A DNA stretch of 52,968 bases from Chiloscyllium plagiosum (taxonomy: Eukaryota). Shown here one piece after another: positions 38,484 through 49,478 of this stretch. A model generated the notes under the pieces. The model was not told where the DNA came from and ran no database searches. It worked only from the letters and a program-made list of their open reading frames with translations. A program made the position numbers and the translations under genes. Numbering within the stretch: position 1 is the first letter of the stretch; each line of letters begins with the position of its first letter. The stretch is from NCBI RefSeq assembly GCF_004010195.1, contig NC_057718.1, positions 27,657,965 through 27,710,932 of the forward strand, read 5' to 3'.

Positions 38484-39295
38484 CCCATGCTCCAGTTGCT
38501 CGGCATTTTTGGGAAAACGGAGAAGGTGCACCTCGCTGATTTCGGCGGTCTCAAGTTTCCCTCCATGCCGTGGTAACTTGGGCGAGCGTGATCCGGACTG
38601 GGAGACCCTGGAAACAAGATGGGCAGACGCGGCGGGTTCGGTCGGGTAACTCTTGTGTGCACAAGACCCGGGTAAGAAAGGTCTTAAAGGATTTATCTGG
38701 CCGACCGGGGTAGGCAGCAGTATTTGCTGCCAGTTGGATATATCGGGGGAATCCAGGGGACCAGGGTAGGCAGCAGTAGTTTCTGCTGCCAGTTGGATAT
38801 ATCCGGGTGACCCGCAGCGGTAGTTGCTGTTACCAGGTGGGTATATCCGGGGAACCGGGGTTCCGGATGACCGGGTTAGGCGAATTCGGTCGACCAGGGT
38901 AGGCAGCAGTAATTGCTGCCAGGTGGATATATGTGGGAATTGCCGCGGGATGAAACGACCAGATAACTCTGTGCACAGACTAAGGTAAAGAAAATGGACC
39001 TTTAAGTATTGCCTTGGTGGTTGGGGACATACAAGAAGTACGGGGAATTGGCAACATATAAAATAAAGTATTTAATTGGCTAGATTAATCTGATGAGTAA
39101 GGTGTCTACCTGATTCAATCACCCAGCCTTAGACCGGTTGTTAAGAGGGGAAATCCCCCACGCGAAGGTCAGGACCCTGAAGTGGGTGTGGAAGAAGGTG
39201 ACACCGGACCTCAGTAAGGTTAATTAAATTACATAAAGAAACGGCCGAGTATTAAAATCGGAAATAAGAATAGTTGCGTAAGTGTCGAAGGAGAC

Positions 39296-39418
39296 ATGAG
39301 AGGGACGTCCAAGGACCACATCCCAATGGACAGTCCTTTAGGAAGAATGTTAAGAGATTGGAAGTACAATCCTCGGACGCAAGGAAAGGATAAAAAACAA
39401 ATGATAAAATGTCAATGA
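39296..39418 (+). pseudogene. ERV gag matrix-like remnant
   Basis: MRGTSKDHIPMDSPLGRMLRDWKYNPRTQGKDKKQMIKCQ*. IPxDSPLGxxLxxW is typical of class I ERV Gag N-termini. Confidence 0.7.
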
Positions 39419-40469
39419 AAAACAGCCTTATAGTCAGGAGGAATCAGATTATGCTTCGTGTCAGAAGGGCTAGTAGCTGAAGGGCTACTGAGGGTACACT
39501 TCGTAACTAACTTTTATAGTCAGACATCCAGAAAAATATTCAAAAGCTAGAGGAGTCGTTGCGGGAAGCTGAAAGTGTCTGTGAGATACGGTGTCTGTGT
39601 GTGTGTATGAGAGAGAGAGAGAGAGAGAAAAAGAGAAAAAAGCTGTACAGCTAACAGAAAGTTTAACCCTTTGTGATTCGGTTTGAATGCACATTTGTTT
39701 GTTCGTGATTGAATGTTTGTGCTTTGTTCCCTGGAGCTTGAGATCTGGGACTGTTTTGAATCTGATTTCAAATTTTAACATGATTTCTTTTAAGGTTAAG
39801 GATTTTACAGATTATGAAATAAAATGTTAACTCCAGCTCTTTTTACAGGTCATGACTGCCTTACTATCAGTTTCTAACTAATCTCTTTTATCCTTACATA
39901 AAAGCGATTTATGGAGGACAGTTGAAGTCTCAGTTCAACATTAGATTGTAATAAATCAAAAAAAATCCTATGGTTAAAATCGGTGACCTTGGATTCGGCC
40001 ATTATTCATGCATTAGAAGTTTTTTTTTAAACTTGAATAGACAAATCCTTTTTAAGGCAGCTCTAGTTATTTCACGACCTATAGCATTGTAATTGAGCAA
40101 TGACTCGTCAGGACTACTTAAGAAAACTAATTTTGGATTTAAATCAAGGGACTAAAACCGGGTAATTATAGTGGATTTCAAAGTTGGGAACTGTATGCAT
40201 TTTACATTTTAAATATTAAACACTGAATAAATGAATTTATAACATATAAATATATATTTACATGTAAGATTCCAAAATGTATAGTTAGGAACAGGCTTTA
40301 AAGTAAGACAAGCATAAATTGATAAATTGTATTTGAAATATTGCAATTTTGTTTTATAAAGCATCAAGGTCTAAACAAAACATTAGGTGATGAGGAATGG
40401 CCATGAGGTGGCCCTAAAGCTGTTCAGTTTGTTAAATTGGCTCAGCAATTGATCTGGCAACGTAACATG

Positions 40470-40693
40470 AGAAGCAGAAACAGAAGGCAAAAATAATGAT
40501 AGCCACGGTTGATGAGTTAATAAAGAAAAGGACAAAACTAAAAGGAGAAGGAAACCGGAATGGTGGCGGGCAGCATGTTGAAAATAAAGGGAGGAGAAGG
40601 GATCGGGGAGGAGATGTTAAGGGGTCTGGTAGACAGGAACAAGGATCAAAGTGGAAATCCCCTCAGACGGGATGTTATTACTGTGGAAAGACA
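40470..40693 (+). pseudogene. ERV gag CA-end/nucleocapsid remnant
   Basis: KQKQKAKIMIATVDELI.. followed by a basic/Gly-rich linker and CYYCGKT (first half of a CCHC knuckle). Confidence 0.7.
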
Positions 40694-40730
40694 GACCCCA
40701 TTGTGGTTCCCAGTGACCACGTCTGTAGTA

Positions 40731-41433
40731 TGTGGAGTGTGGAGAAACAGAGGAATCTTGGTATTCAAGTACATAGACCCCTCAAAATTGCCACACAAGT
40801 GGATAAGGTTGTTAAGAAAGCATATGGTGTTTTGCCTTTCGTTAACAGGGGAATCGCGTTTAAGAGCTGCGAGGTTTTGCTACACCTCTGCAAGTCCCTG
40901 GTGAGACCACATTGGAATATTGTGTCCAGTTCTGGTCGCCCTACGATAGAAAAGATACAGAGGCTTTGGAGAGGTTGCACAGAAGGTTTACCAGGATGCT
41001 GCCTGGACTGGAGGGCTTGCATTATGAAGAGAGGTTGACTAAGCTCGGACTTTTCTCTCTGGAGAGAAGAAGGAAGAGAGGTGACCTGATCGAGGTTTAC
41101 AAGATAATGAGAGGAATAAATAGAGTCAATAGCCAGAGACTTTCCCCCAGGACAGGATTGACTGGCACGAGTTTAAGATATTAGGAGAAAGGTATAGAGG
41201 AGACGTCAGAGGAAGGTTCTTTACGCAGAGAGTTGTAAATGCATTGCCAGCGGTGGTGGTGGAAGCAGAGTCATTAGGGACATTTAAGTGACTGCTGGAC
41301 ATGCATATGGATAGCAGTGAATTTAGGGGTGCGTGGGTTAAGTTATTTTATTTTACATTAGGATTAATCCTCAGCACAACATCATTAGCCAAATGGCCTG
41401 TTCTGTGCTGTACTTTTCTATGTTCCGTGTTCT
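40731..41433 (+). mobile_element. 5'-truncated CR1 inserted in host CR1 ORF1
   Basis: EYCVQFWSPY..LERLHRRFTRMLPGL..GDLIEVYKIM, with a TTCTATG-like tail. Confidence 0.88.
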
Positions 41434-42914
41434 AAATGTTGGTTGCTCTAAGAACTTTGGCTCAGAGTCAGTGAACTGGAGTCTGAGCTTCAAACATTAC
41501 AACACATCAGGGAAGGGGAGAGTTACCTGGATGCTGTGTTTCAGGAGACAGTCACATTCCTTAGACTAACTAACTCAAATTCAGCCAGTGGTCAGGGATA
41601 GATAGGTGTGGCTGTGAGTAAGGCAGGCAGAGGGATCCAGGAGGTAGCATTGCAGGAGCCTCAATTCCTGTCTTTGCTCCCTGTGTATAAAGAATTGGGG
41701 ACTGCAAGGAGGCTGAGCCGACCGACCGCAGCACTATGGTGCAGGGAACCATTCAAGTCGGAGGGAGAGAAGGTGGTAGATGGGAATAGTATAGTTTGAG
41801 GCAAAGACACTGTGCTCTGTGACCAGAATTGAGAGTCCCAAAGGTTGCATTGCCTGCCTGGTGCTCGGGTGCAGGATATCTCATCTGGTTGCAGAGGAAG
41901 TTGGAGTGGAGGGTAAAGATCCAATGGTCGTGGTCCACATAGGTACCAACAACATAGATAAAATGAGTGCAGAGGTTCTGCTAAGAGAGTGTGAACACCT
42001 GGGAGCTAAATTACAAAGCAGGACCAAAAAGGTAATAATCTCTGGATTACCACCTGAGCCACAAGCTAATTGGCACAGGGGCAATAAGATTAAGCAAGTA
42101 AATACATGGCTCAAAGATTGGTGTGGGAGAAATGGGTTTGAATTCATGGTACACTGGCACTAGTACTGGGAAGAAGGGACCTGTTCCGATCGAATGGTCT
42201 TCATCTGAACCATGCTGGGATCAAAGGCAAGGGAGGTCTCAGTTATAGGGGAAATTAGAAAACCCGAATTAAAGAAGGAGGTAAAAGTGCAGAACTCGAG
42301 AGGTTATTAAAATCTCTAGCACAGACACAAATAGGGCAAAGTGTACGGGAAGGTTTAGCAATCAAACTTCAAGCACACTGGACAAACGAATGACAAAGAG
42401 AAAAGGGACTGTAGGTGTTATATCTGAATGCACACAATATACCAAATAAGATAAATGAGTTTGTGGTGCAGATCGAAATTAGCAGGTATGACATGGTGGG
42501 CATCTTCAAAACGTGGCTGCAAGGGGATCAGGATTGGGAACTGAATATTCAAAGATATACATCCTACTGAAAAGATAGGCAGGTCAGCAGAGGGGGTGGT
42601 TTGCCTTATTAGTAAGAAATGAAATTAAATCAATAGTAAGAAACAAAGTTGGGTCAGATGGTATAGAATCTGTGTGGGTGGAATTGCGGAATGGCAAAGA
42701 TTAAAAAAAGCATAGTTGGAGTTTTGTACAGTCCTCCAAACAGTAGTCAGGAGCTGAGGCACCAGGAGATAGAAAAGATGTGTAGGAAAGACAAAGTTAT
42801 GGTGATCATGGGGAATTTCAATATGCAGGTGAACTGGGAAAATTAGGTTGGTAGTGGATTGCGAGGAAAGGGATTTGTAGAATGTATGTAAGAGGGCTTT
42901 TTGTCGAAAGATGC

Positions 42915-45900
42915 TATGCTGGAAAATCACAGCCAGTCAGGCAGGTGAGGAGCAGGAGAGTCTACGTTTTGAGATAAGCTCTTCATTAGGAATATCGGGG
43001 CTGAGAGATAAGTGGGAAGGAGATGGAATGAGGGTAAGGTAGCTGGGAATACAACTGGGAATGCAATAGGTACATGGAGATGGGGGTGGTGTTGCCGAGA
43101 GGCTGGAAAGGAGGATGGAGCAGATAGGTGGAAGTAAGATGGACAAGTAGGACAATTCAAGAGGGCTGTGCTGACTTGGAAGATTGGCTCTGGGAAAAGG
43201 TGGGGGGAAAAGAAATTAAGAGATTGGTGAAATCTACATTCATCCCGTGTGGTTGGGGAGTTCCAAGACAGAAGATGAGGTGTTCTTCTTCCAGGCAATG
43301 GGTGGCTAGAGTTTGGCAGTGGAGGAGGCCCAGGACTGGAATGTCCTTGGTGGAGTGGGAGCTGGAGTTAAACTGTTCGGCCACAGGGCGGTGGGGTTGT
43401 TTAGTGAGCGTGTACCAGAGATGTTCTCTGAAACATTCCACAAGTTGACATCCTGTTTCCCCATTGTAGAGGAGATCACACCAAGAGCAACGGACACAGT
43501 AGATGACATGTGCAAATGTACAGGTAAATCTCTGTTGAATGTGGAAGGATCCTTTGGGGCCTTGGACAGTGTGAGTGGGGAGGTGTGGGGCGCAGGTTTT
43601 GCACTACTTGAGGTGGCAAAGGAAGGTGCTGGGAGTGAAGGGTGGTTGTTGGGAGTCGTGGAGGGAATGGTCTCTGTGTAATGTAGATAAAGTTGGAGAA
43701 GGAAATATATCCCTTGTGGTGGGGTCTGTTTGTAGGGGCAGAAATGGAAGAGGATGATACGTTGTATCTGGTGTGGTGGAAGGTGAGGACCAGGGGTTTC
43801 TGTCCTTGTTGTGATTAGAGGGATTCGAGTATGGATTTGTGGGAAGTGGAGGAGATGTGCTAGAGGGCATCGTTAATCACGTGGAAGGGGAAATTGCGAT
43901 CCTTGAAGGAGGAGGCCATCTGGGATATTCTATGATGGAATTGGTCCTCCTGGGAGCAGATGCCGTGAAGGTGGAGGAATTGTGAATAAGGGATAGTGTT
44001 TTTATAGGAGGCAATGTGAGAGGAGATGTAGTCCAGGTAGCTGTAGGAGTTGGTGGATTTGAAGTAGATGTCCGTATTGAGTCCGTCACCGGAAATGTAC
44101 ATGGAGTGGTCCAGGAATGGGAGGGAGATGTCCGAGATAGTCCAGTTGAAATTTTTTTGTAAATATATTTATTAGCAAGTATTTTTAACTTTACAAACAT
44201 ATAAAATTATTGAAAAATACAATCAATAACAAATATCAGTATAATAAAAAGAAATCAAAACACAAATTACAATACGACTACTGTCTACTAACTACTAACC
44301 TACCCTATAATACAAAACAAACCCTAACACTGTGCAAAGCCACACCAATAAATAAGTAAATAACTAATAGATCAAAAAAAGAAAAAAAAACACAAAATTC
44401 AGAACAGCTATGCTCGGCGCAAAGCTCCCAAACAAAGGAATGGGAGCATTGTATATATGCCCATATTAACTCAGGAGACCCCCTCCAGGGCCCAGAGCTT
44501 GACAAACCTAACCATACTGGTTAAACAGACGCCCCAGTTAAGATAGCTGACAAATCTATATCCAAATAACTCAAGTAGGGCTGCCATGTCTTATAAAAAT
44601 GGTCTGTTGTGTGGTGCACCATGTTTGTAAAAAAATTCAAGGGAATGTGCTCCATAATTAATTTCTGCCATCCTTGCAAGCCTGGCAGGTTCTCAGACAC
44701 CCAGTTCATCAGAATATTCTTCCGTGCACAGTATGCAAGAATATTAAATAGTTTCTTCCCATGCCCGTCTAAAGATGGTTAATTTGGTAGACCTGAGAGA
44801 TATCAGGTCTACTTTGACTTCAGTCCTCAATAACCTTCCTATCTCTCCCACCACAGCACTCCAATAAACATTGAGCCTGTGGCATGTCCAGAAGCAATGG
44901 GTAAGAGTACCTATACTTATTTTACATTTTAAGGCACACTGAAGATGCCCCCTTTTTAAAATTTCGCCAGACATTCTGGTGCCAGATGAGCCCTGTGCAG
45001 AACTTTTAACTGCATAGCACATGTCCTATTACAGATTGAGATCTTTCAAGCATTCTCCCATATATTCTCCCATGTTTTAGAAGATATCTCCACTCCTAGC
45101 TCTTGTTCCCAGACCTTAATATCCTGCCAGGTCCTGCCACCCAGCAGGCGATAGAGGGCACTAACTGAAAGGGTGCTTGTGGAACACAGCAACAACTTCT
45201 CTGTATCGGGCTTATAGGGCTCCTTGAGAAAAGTAGTCTTCTTCTGGATGAAATCCCTAACCTGAAAAAAATGGAAAAGATCTCTGCTGGGTAACCCGTA
45301 TTTGCAGATCAGTTGCTCAAAAGACATCATAACCTCCCCCTCAAACAAGTCGCCCAAACTAGAAACTCCTCTCGCTGCCCATAGTTTGAACCCTGAGTCC
45401 ATCATCCCTGATCGGAACCCTGGCATGCCATCTATAGGCGGAAGTGGCGAAGTCTTAGATAAACAACCCTCACTCTGACGCATCGCCTTCCATGCCTTGA
45501 CTGTACTAATGACGATGGGGTTCCGGTAGTGATCCATAACTGTCCTCATCTTATCCATGAACAACAGGTTAATAAGACAGCACTTTGCCTGGGAGGCCTC
45601 AATATGCAGCCATATTTAGTTTGGATCGTTACCTACACAATCACAGACAAAGGACAGCAGGGAACTCAATTGATACCTCCTGATGTCTGGGAAATCAACT
45701 CCTCCCCCTCCTTGAAGTAATTGCAATTTAGTAAGTTTGATGAGAGGTCACCCACGATGCCAGACAAAGGAACCAAACCATCCCATAAGCTTCCGCAGCA
45801 TTGACCTGGGAAACATTATAGGGAGCATTCGCATGGGATAAAGCAAACGAGAAAGAACATTCATCTTAATGAGAGATATTCGGCCCAGCCATGAAATTGG

Positions 45901-48768
45901 AAGAGCCTCCCATCTCTGGAGATCTCGCCTAATATTGTCGAGCAAGTGAGCAAAGTTAGTCCGAAATAACAGATCAAACTTGGGGGTAATAAAAATGCCT
46001 AGATATGGGAACCTTGCCCGTGACCACTTAAAAGGGAACATCCTTCAAATTCTATCACATTATGAAGGTTCCCCAAAGGCATTGCCTCCGATTTTGCAAA
46101 GTTAATCTTATATCCTGAAATAGCCCCAAATGAATTGATACACAGTATCAAATGGGATACGGAGGTCATCGGGTTTGATAAAAACAGAAGGACATCATCC
46201 GCATACAGTGTAATCTTGTCTGCCCTTGATCCCACTTCCGGAGCGGTTATGTGGACATGCTGACGAATGGCATCTGCCAGCGGCTCTATCACCAACGTAA
46301 ACAACAACAGTGAGAGGATACAGCCTTGCTGACTACCCTACCAGTCCTAAAATTCCCAGACTTCACCCAGTTGGTGATAACCGCGGTCAGAGGGTGGCCC
46401 TCCACCCACCTAGAAAAGACCCCACCCAACCCAAACTGTTCAAAGACATTAAAAAAAAGGCCATTCCACCCGATCAAATGCTTTCTCTGCATCTAAGGAA
46501 ATCACCAACCCCTGAATCAATCGTTGCTGACAAAGTTGGATCATATTCAGCAACCTTCTAATATTATTAGAGGACCTACGGCCCCTTATAAAGCCTGTCT
46601 GGTCCTCTTTAACAATATGGGGCAATACCTTTTCAATCTCAGCACCAGGATCTTGGACAGAATCTTGAAATCTGAATTTAATAGAGAGATGGACCTGTAT
46701 GAAGCACAATCCTCAGGAACTTTTCCCTTCTTAAGAATTAAGGCAATATTAGCTTCTCTCAAAGATCGTGGTCGGCATTCATGCATTTAAGAGTGATTGT
46801 ACATCTCCAACAACGGCCCTGACAGAATCCCTATGAACTCCTTATAAAACTCACCTGGGAAACCATCAGGGCCAGGCGCTTTCCCACTCTGAAGTTGCCT
46901 AGCTGCCTCCTGTATTTCCTGAACTGTCAACGGGGCATTAAGGAGAGAGGCCTGTCCAAGGTTACCACCTGGGAGGTCCTGGTTCTTAAAAAAGGTCTCC
47001 ATTTTAGCCCTCCTGTCCTCGGAACCTTCAGAGTGATACAATTCAGAGTAAAAGCTCCAAAAAGCCTCATTAATCTTTTTAGCATCATATGTAAGGACCC
47101 CGGGCGTTATCTCTGATTGCAGTAATGGATTGGGGAGCACGCTTTTTCCTAGTCAGGTATGCTAAATACTTCCCAGGCCTATCCCCATATTTGAACAGCC
47201 TTTGTCCAGCAAAAGCAAGTTCTTTCTTTGTGTTTTGTGTCAGTATTGAATTCAAGGCAGCCCGGAGGGCCGTGACCGGCTGTAGCTTAGTCACCGAAGG
47301 CTGCGCAAAATGTGCCGCCTTGGTGGCTTTCAACCACGTCTCAAGTAGGTGCTGCTGTTCATCCTTCTGTTGTTTCCGGCTCGCCGAACAGGAAATAGCT
47401 AATCCCCTAGCAAAGACCTTAGCAGTCTCCTGTAGCATAGACATACTACTAGCTGTGCCTGAGTTGATAGTCAGGAATTCCTGAAACTCCTTCAAAAAGT
47501 ATTCCTCAAATTTGGAATCCTTAAGGAGAAAAGGGTCCAAATGCCAGTGCCGCAAACCTAGCCCTTCACTCTTGACCTCACTCTTGGCCTTTACCTCCAA
47601 ATATACCGCCGCATGATCAGAGATAGCTATATTCCCAATTTTACAACCCATAATCTAATCCAGAAGGGCCAAGAGAGCCAGAAAGAGGTCAATCCTCATG
47701 TGACATTTATGTGGGTTTAAAAAAAAAGGTGAAGTCCCTGCCGGTAGGGTGAAGGCATCTCCAAATATCCACCAGCCGCAACTCCTCGCATAAGTCAACC
47801 ACCTGCTTGGCCTGCGAAGAAATAGTTGGGGGCCCACAAGGCATCCTGTCCACTGTCAGATCCAAAAGACAATTAAAATACCCCCCCTACAATAATGTGC
47901 CATGTTCCAAAAGCACTCAACTTAGAGAAAGCACTAATCAAAAATTTGAGAGGATGCGCCGGAGGACAGTAGACATTTAGAATGCCATATTCCTCCCCAT
48001 GTATCAGGGCTTTAAGTATCACAAACCGTCCCTGCTCATCTTTCACCTGCTCTAATAATGTGAACGGAAGATTTTCTGAATAAGTACTGTCACCCTCCTA
48101 CTTTTAGTAGTAAAGGATGAAAAGAATACCCAGTCATAATCCCCCTGTTGTAATCTCAGGTGTTCCCCATCATCAAAATGGGTTTCCTGCAACAAAGCGA
48201 TATCAAACCTTTCCCTCTTAAGGCGCGAAAGCACTTTTTTCCTTTTAACAGGCAAATGACTTCCCTTAATGTTCCAGGTGCATCATTTACTAAGACATTT
48301 AGCCATGACACTTAGTCAGAGACCCTTGAACCCCTCGATCGAAAAACCCTGCTTACAAAGCGCCAAGCAGAAGTAAATGAAGACTCATAGAGTCGAAGAA
48401 TTATATATACAAAAACTATTCCATCATAACTATAAACAATTATTAGTCCAGGTGAATTTGAGGTCAGGGTTGAAGGAGTTGGTGAAGTTGATGAACTGTT
48501 CAACCTCCTCACGGGAACATGAGATGACACCAAGACAATCATCGATGTAGCAGAGGAAAATGTGGGGAAGGGTGGCAGTGTAGCTGTGGAAGATGGACAG
48601 TTCCACGTACCCGACGAAGAGACAGGCATATCTGGGGCTCATGCGAGTGCCCATGGCTACCCCTTTTGTCTAGAGGTGGTGGGAGGATTCAAAGGAGAAA
48701 TTGTTGAGGGTGAGGACCAGTTCAGTCAATTGGATGAGTATGTCAGTGGAAGGGTACTTGTTGGGTCT
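42915..48768 (-). mobile_element. Penelope-like element (RT + GIY-YIG), split by L1 into 42915-44150 and 48444-48768
   Basis: GVAMGTRMSPRYACLFVG..YIDD, FTWT|ISDISLPFLD, IPYSQF..ICS, VIYCVRCS.C..LY.GET..FREHL..PVAEQFN. 3' pLTR with decayed hammerhead at about 42955-42992. Confidence 0.88.
44151..48443 (-). mobile_element. L1-clade LINE: 5'-truncated, ORF2 full span but disrupted, plus 3'UTR and A-tail
   Basis: APE (TWNIKG, LLQETH, SDH), RT (KAPGPDGF, YRSISLLN.DFKI, SLDAEKAFDRVEW, LYADD), C-terminal C..KC..GTLTHCFWTC. 13-bp TSD TAGTCCAG(T/G)TGAA. Confidence 0.92.
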
Positions 48769-48890
48769 ACTTGTTGTAGACTTGCTTAAAACAACTAGGG
48801 TCTGGGCTATCTTCTTGAAATGTTTTGAGGGGTCTGGCCTGGTCCATAACGACAGGCAAAACTGGATTTAGTGTTGTGCAATGAGGCAGA

Positions 48891-49478
48891 GAGTATTGAG
48901 TACAGGAGTTGGGAGGTCATGTTGCGGCTGTACAGGACATTGGTTAGGCCACTGTTGGAATATTGCGTGCAATTCCGGACTCCTTCCTATCGGAAAGACG
49001 TTGTGAAACTTGTAAATCTTTTCTGAACCCTTTCAAGGATGTTGCCAGGATTGGAGGATTTGAGCAATAGGGAGAGGCTGAACAGGCTGGGAATGCTTTC
49101 CCTGGAGCATCAGAGGCTGAGGGGTAATCTTGTAGAGGTATACAAAATTATGAGGGGCATGGATAGGGTAAATAGGCTTTGCCCTGGGGTTGGGGACTCC
49201 AGAACTAGAGGGCATAGGTTTAGGGTGAGAGGGGAAAGATATGAAAGAGGGTGGTACGCGTATGGAATGAGCTTTCAGAGGAAGTGGTGGAGGATGGTAC
49301 AATTGCAACATTTAAGAGGCATTTGGGTGGGTATATGAATAGGAAGGGTTTGGAGGGATATGGGCCGGGTGCTGGCAGGTGGGACTAGATTGGGTTGGGG
49401 TATCTGTTCGGCATGGACGGGTTGGACTGAAGGGTCTGCTTCCATGCTGTACATCTCTAAGACTCTATGACTCTATGA
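48891..49478 (+). mobile_element. Young 5'-truncated CR1 inserted in host CR1 ORF2
   Basis: Same subfamily as 1-400. (GACTCTAT)n tail. Confidence 0.9.

Larger units (their letters stand above)
37841..40693 (+). mobile_element. Truncated endogenous retrovirus (class I, gamma/epsilon-like): 5' LTR, PBS, leader, gag remnants
   Basis: TG..CA LTR, PBS-Pro, MA-like and NC-like gag remnants, 5-bp TSD GACCC (37836-40, 40694-98). Confidence 0.88.

Noticed and set aside
38701..38935. Palindromic repeats with spacers resembling a CRISPR array
   Set aside because: Vertebrate ERV leader context, irregular units and no cas genes.
40496..41038. 180-aa ORF with a CxxC motif as a possible novel gene
   Set aside because: It is a chance read-through chimera of ERV gag NC, host CR1 ORF1 and an inserted CR1 ORF2.
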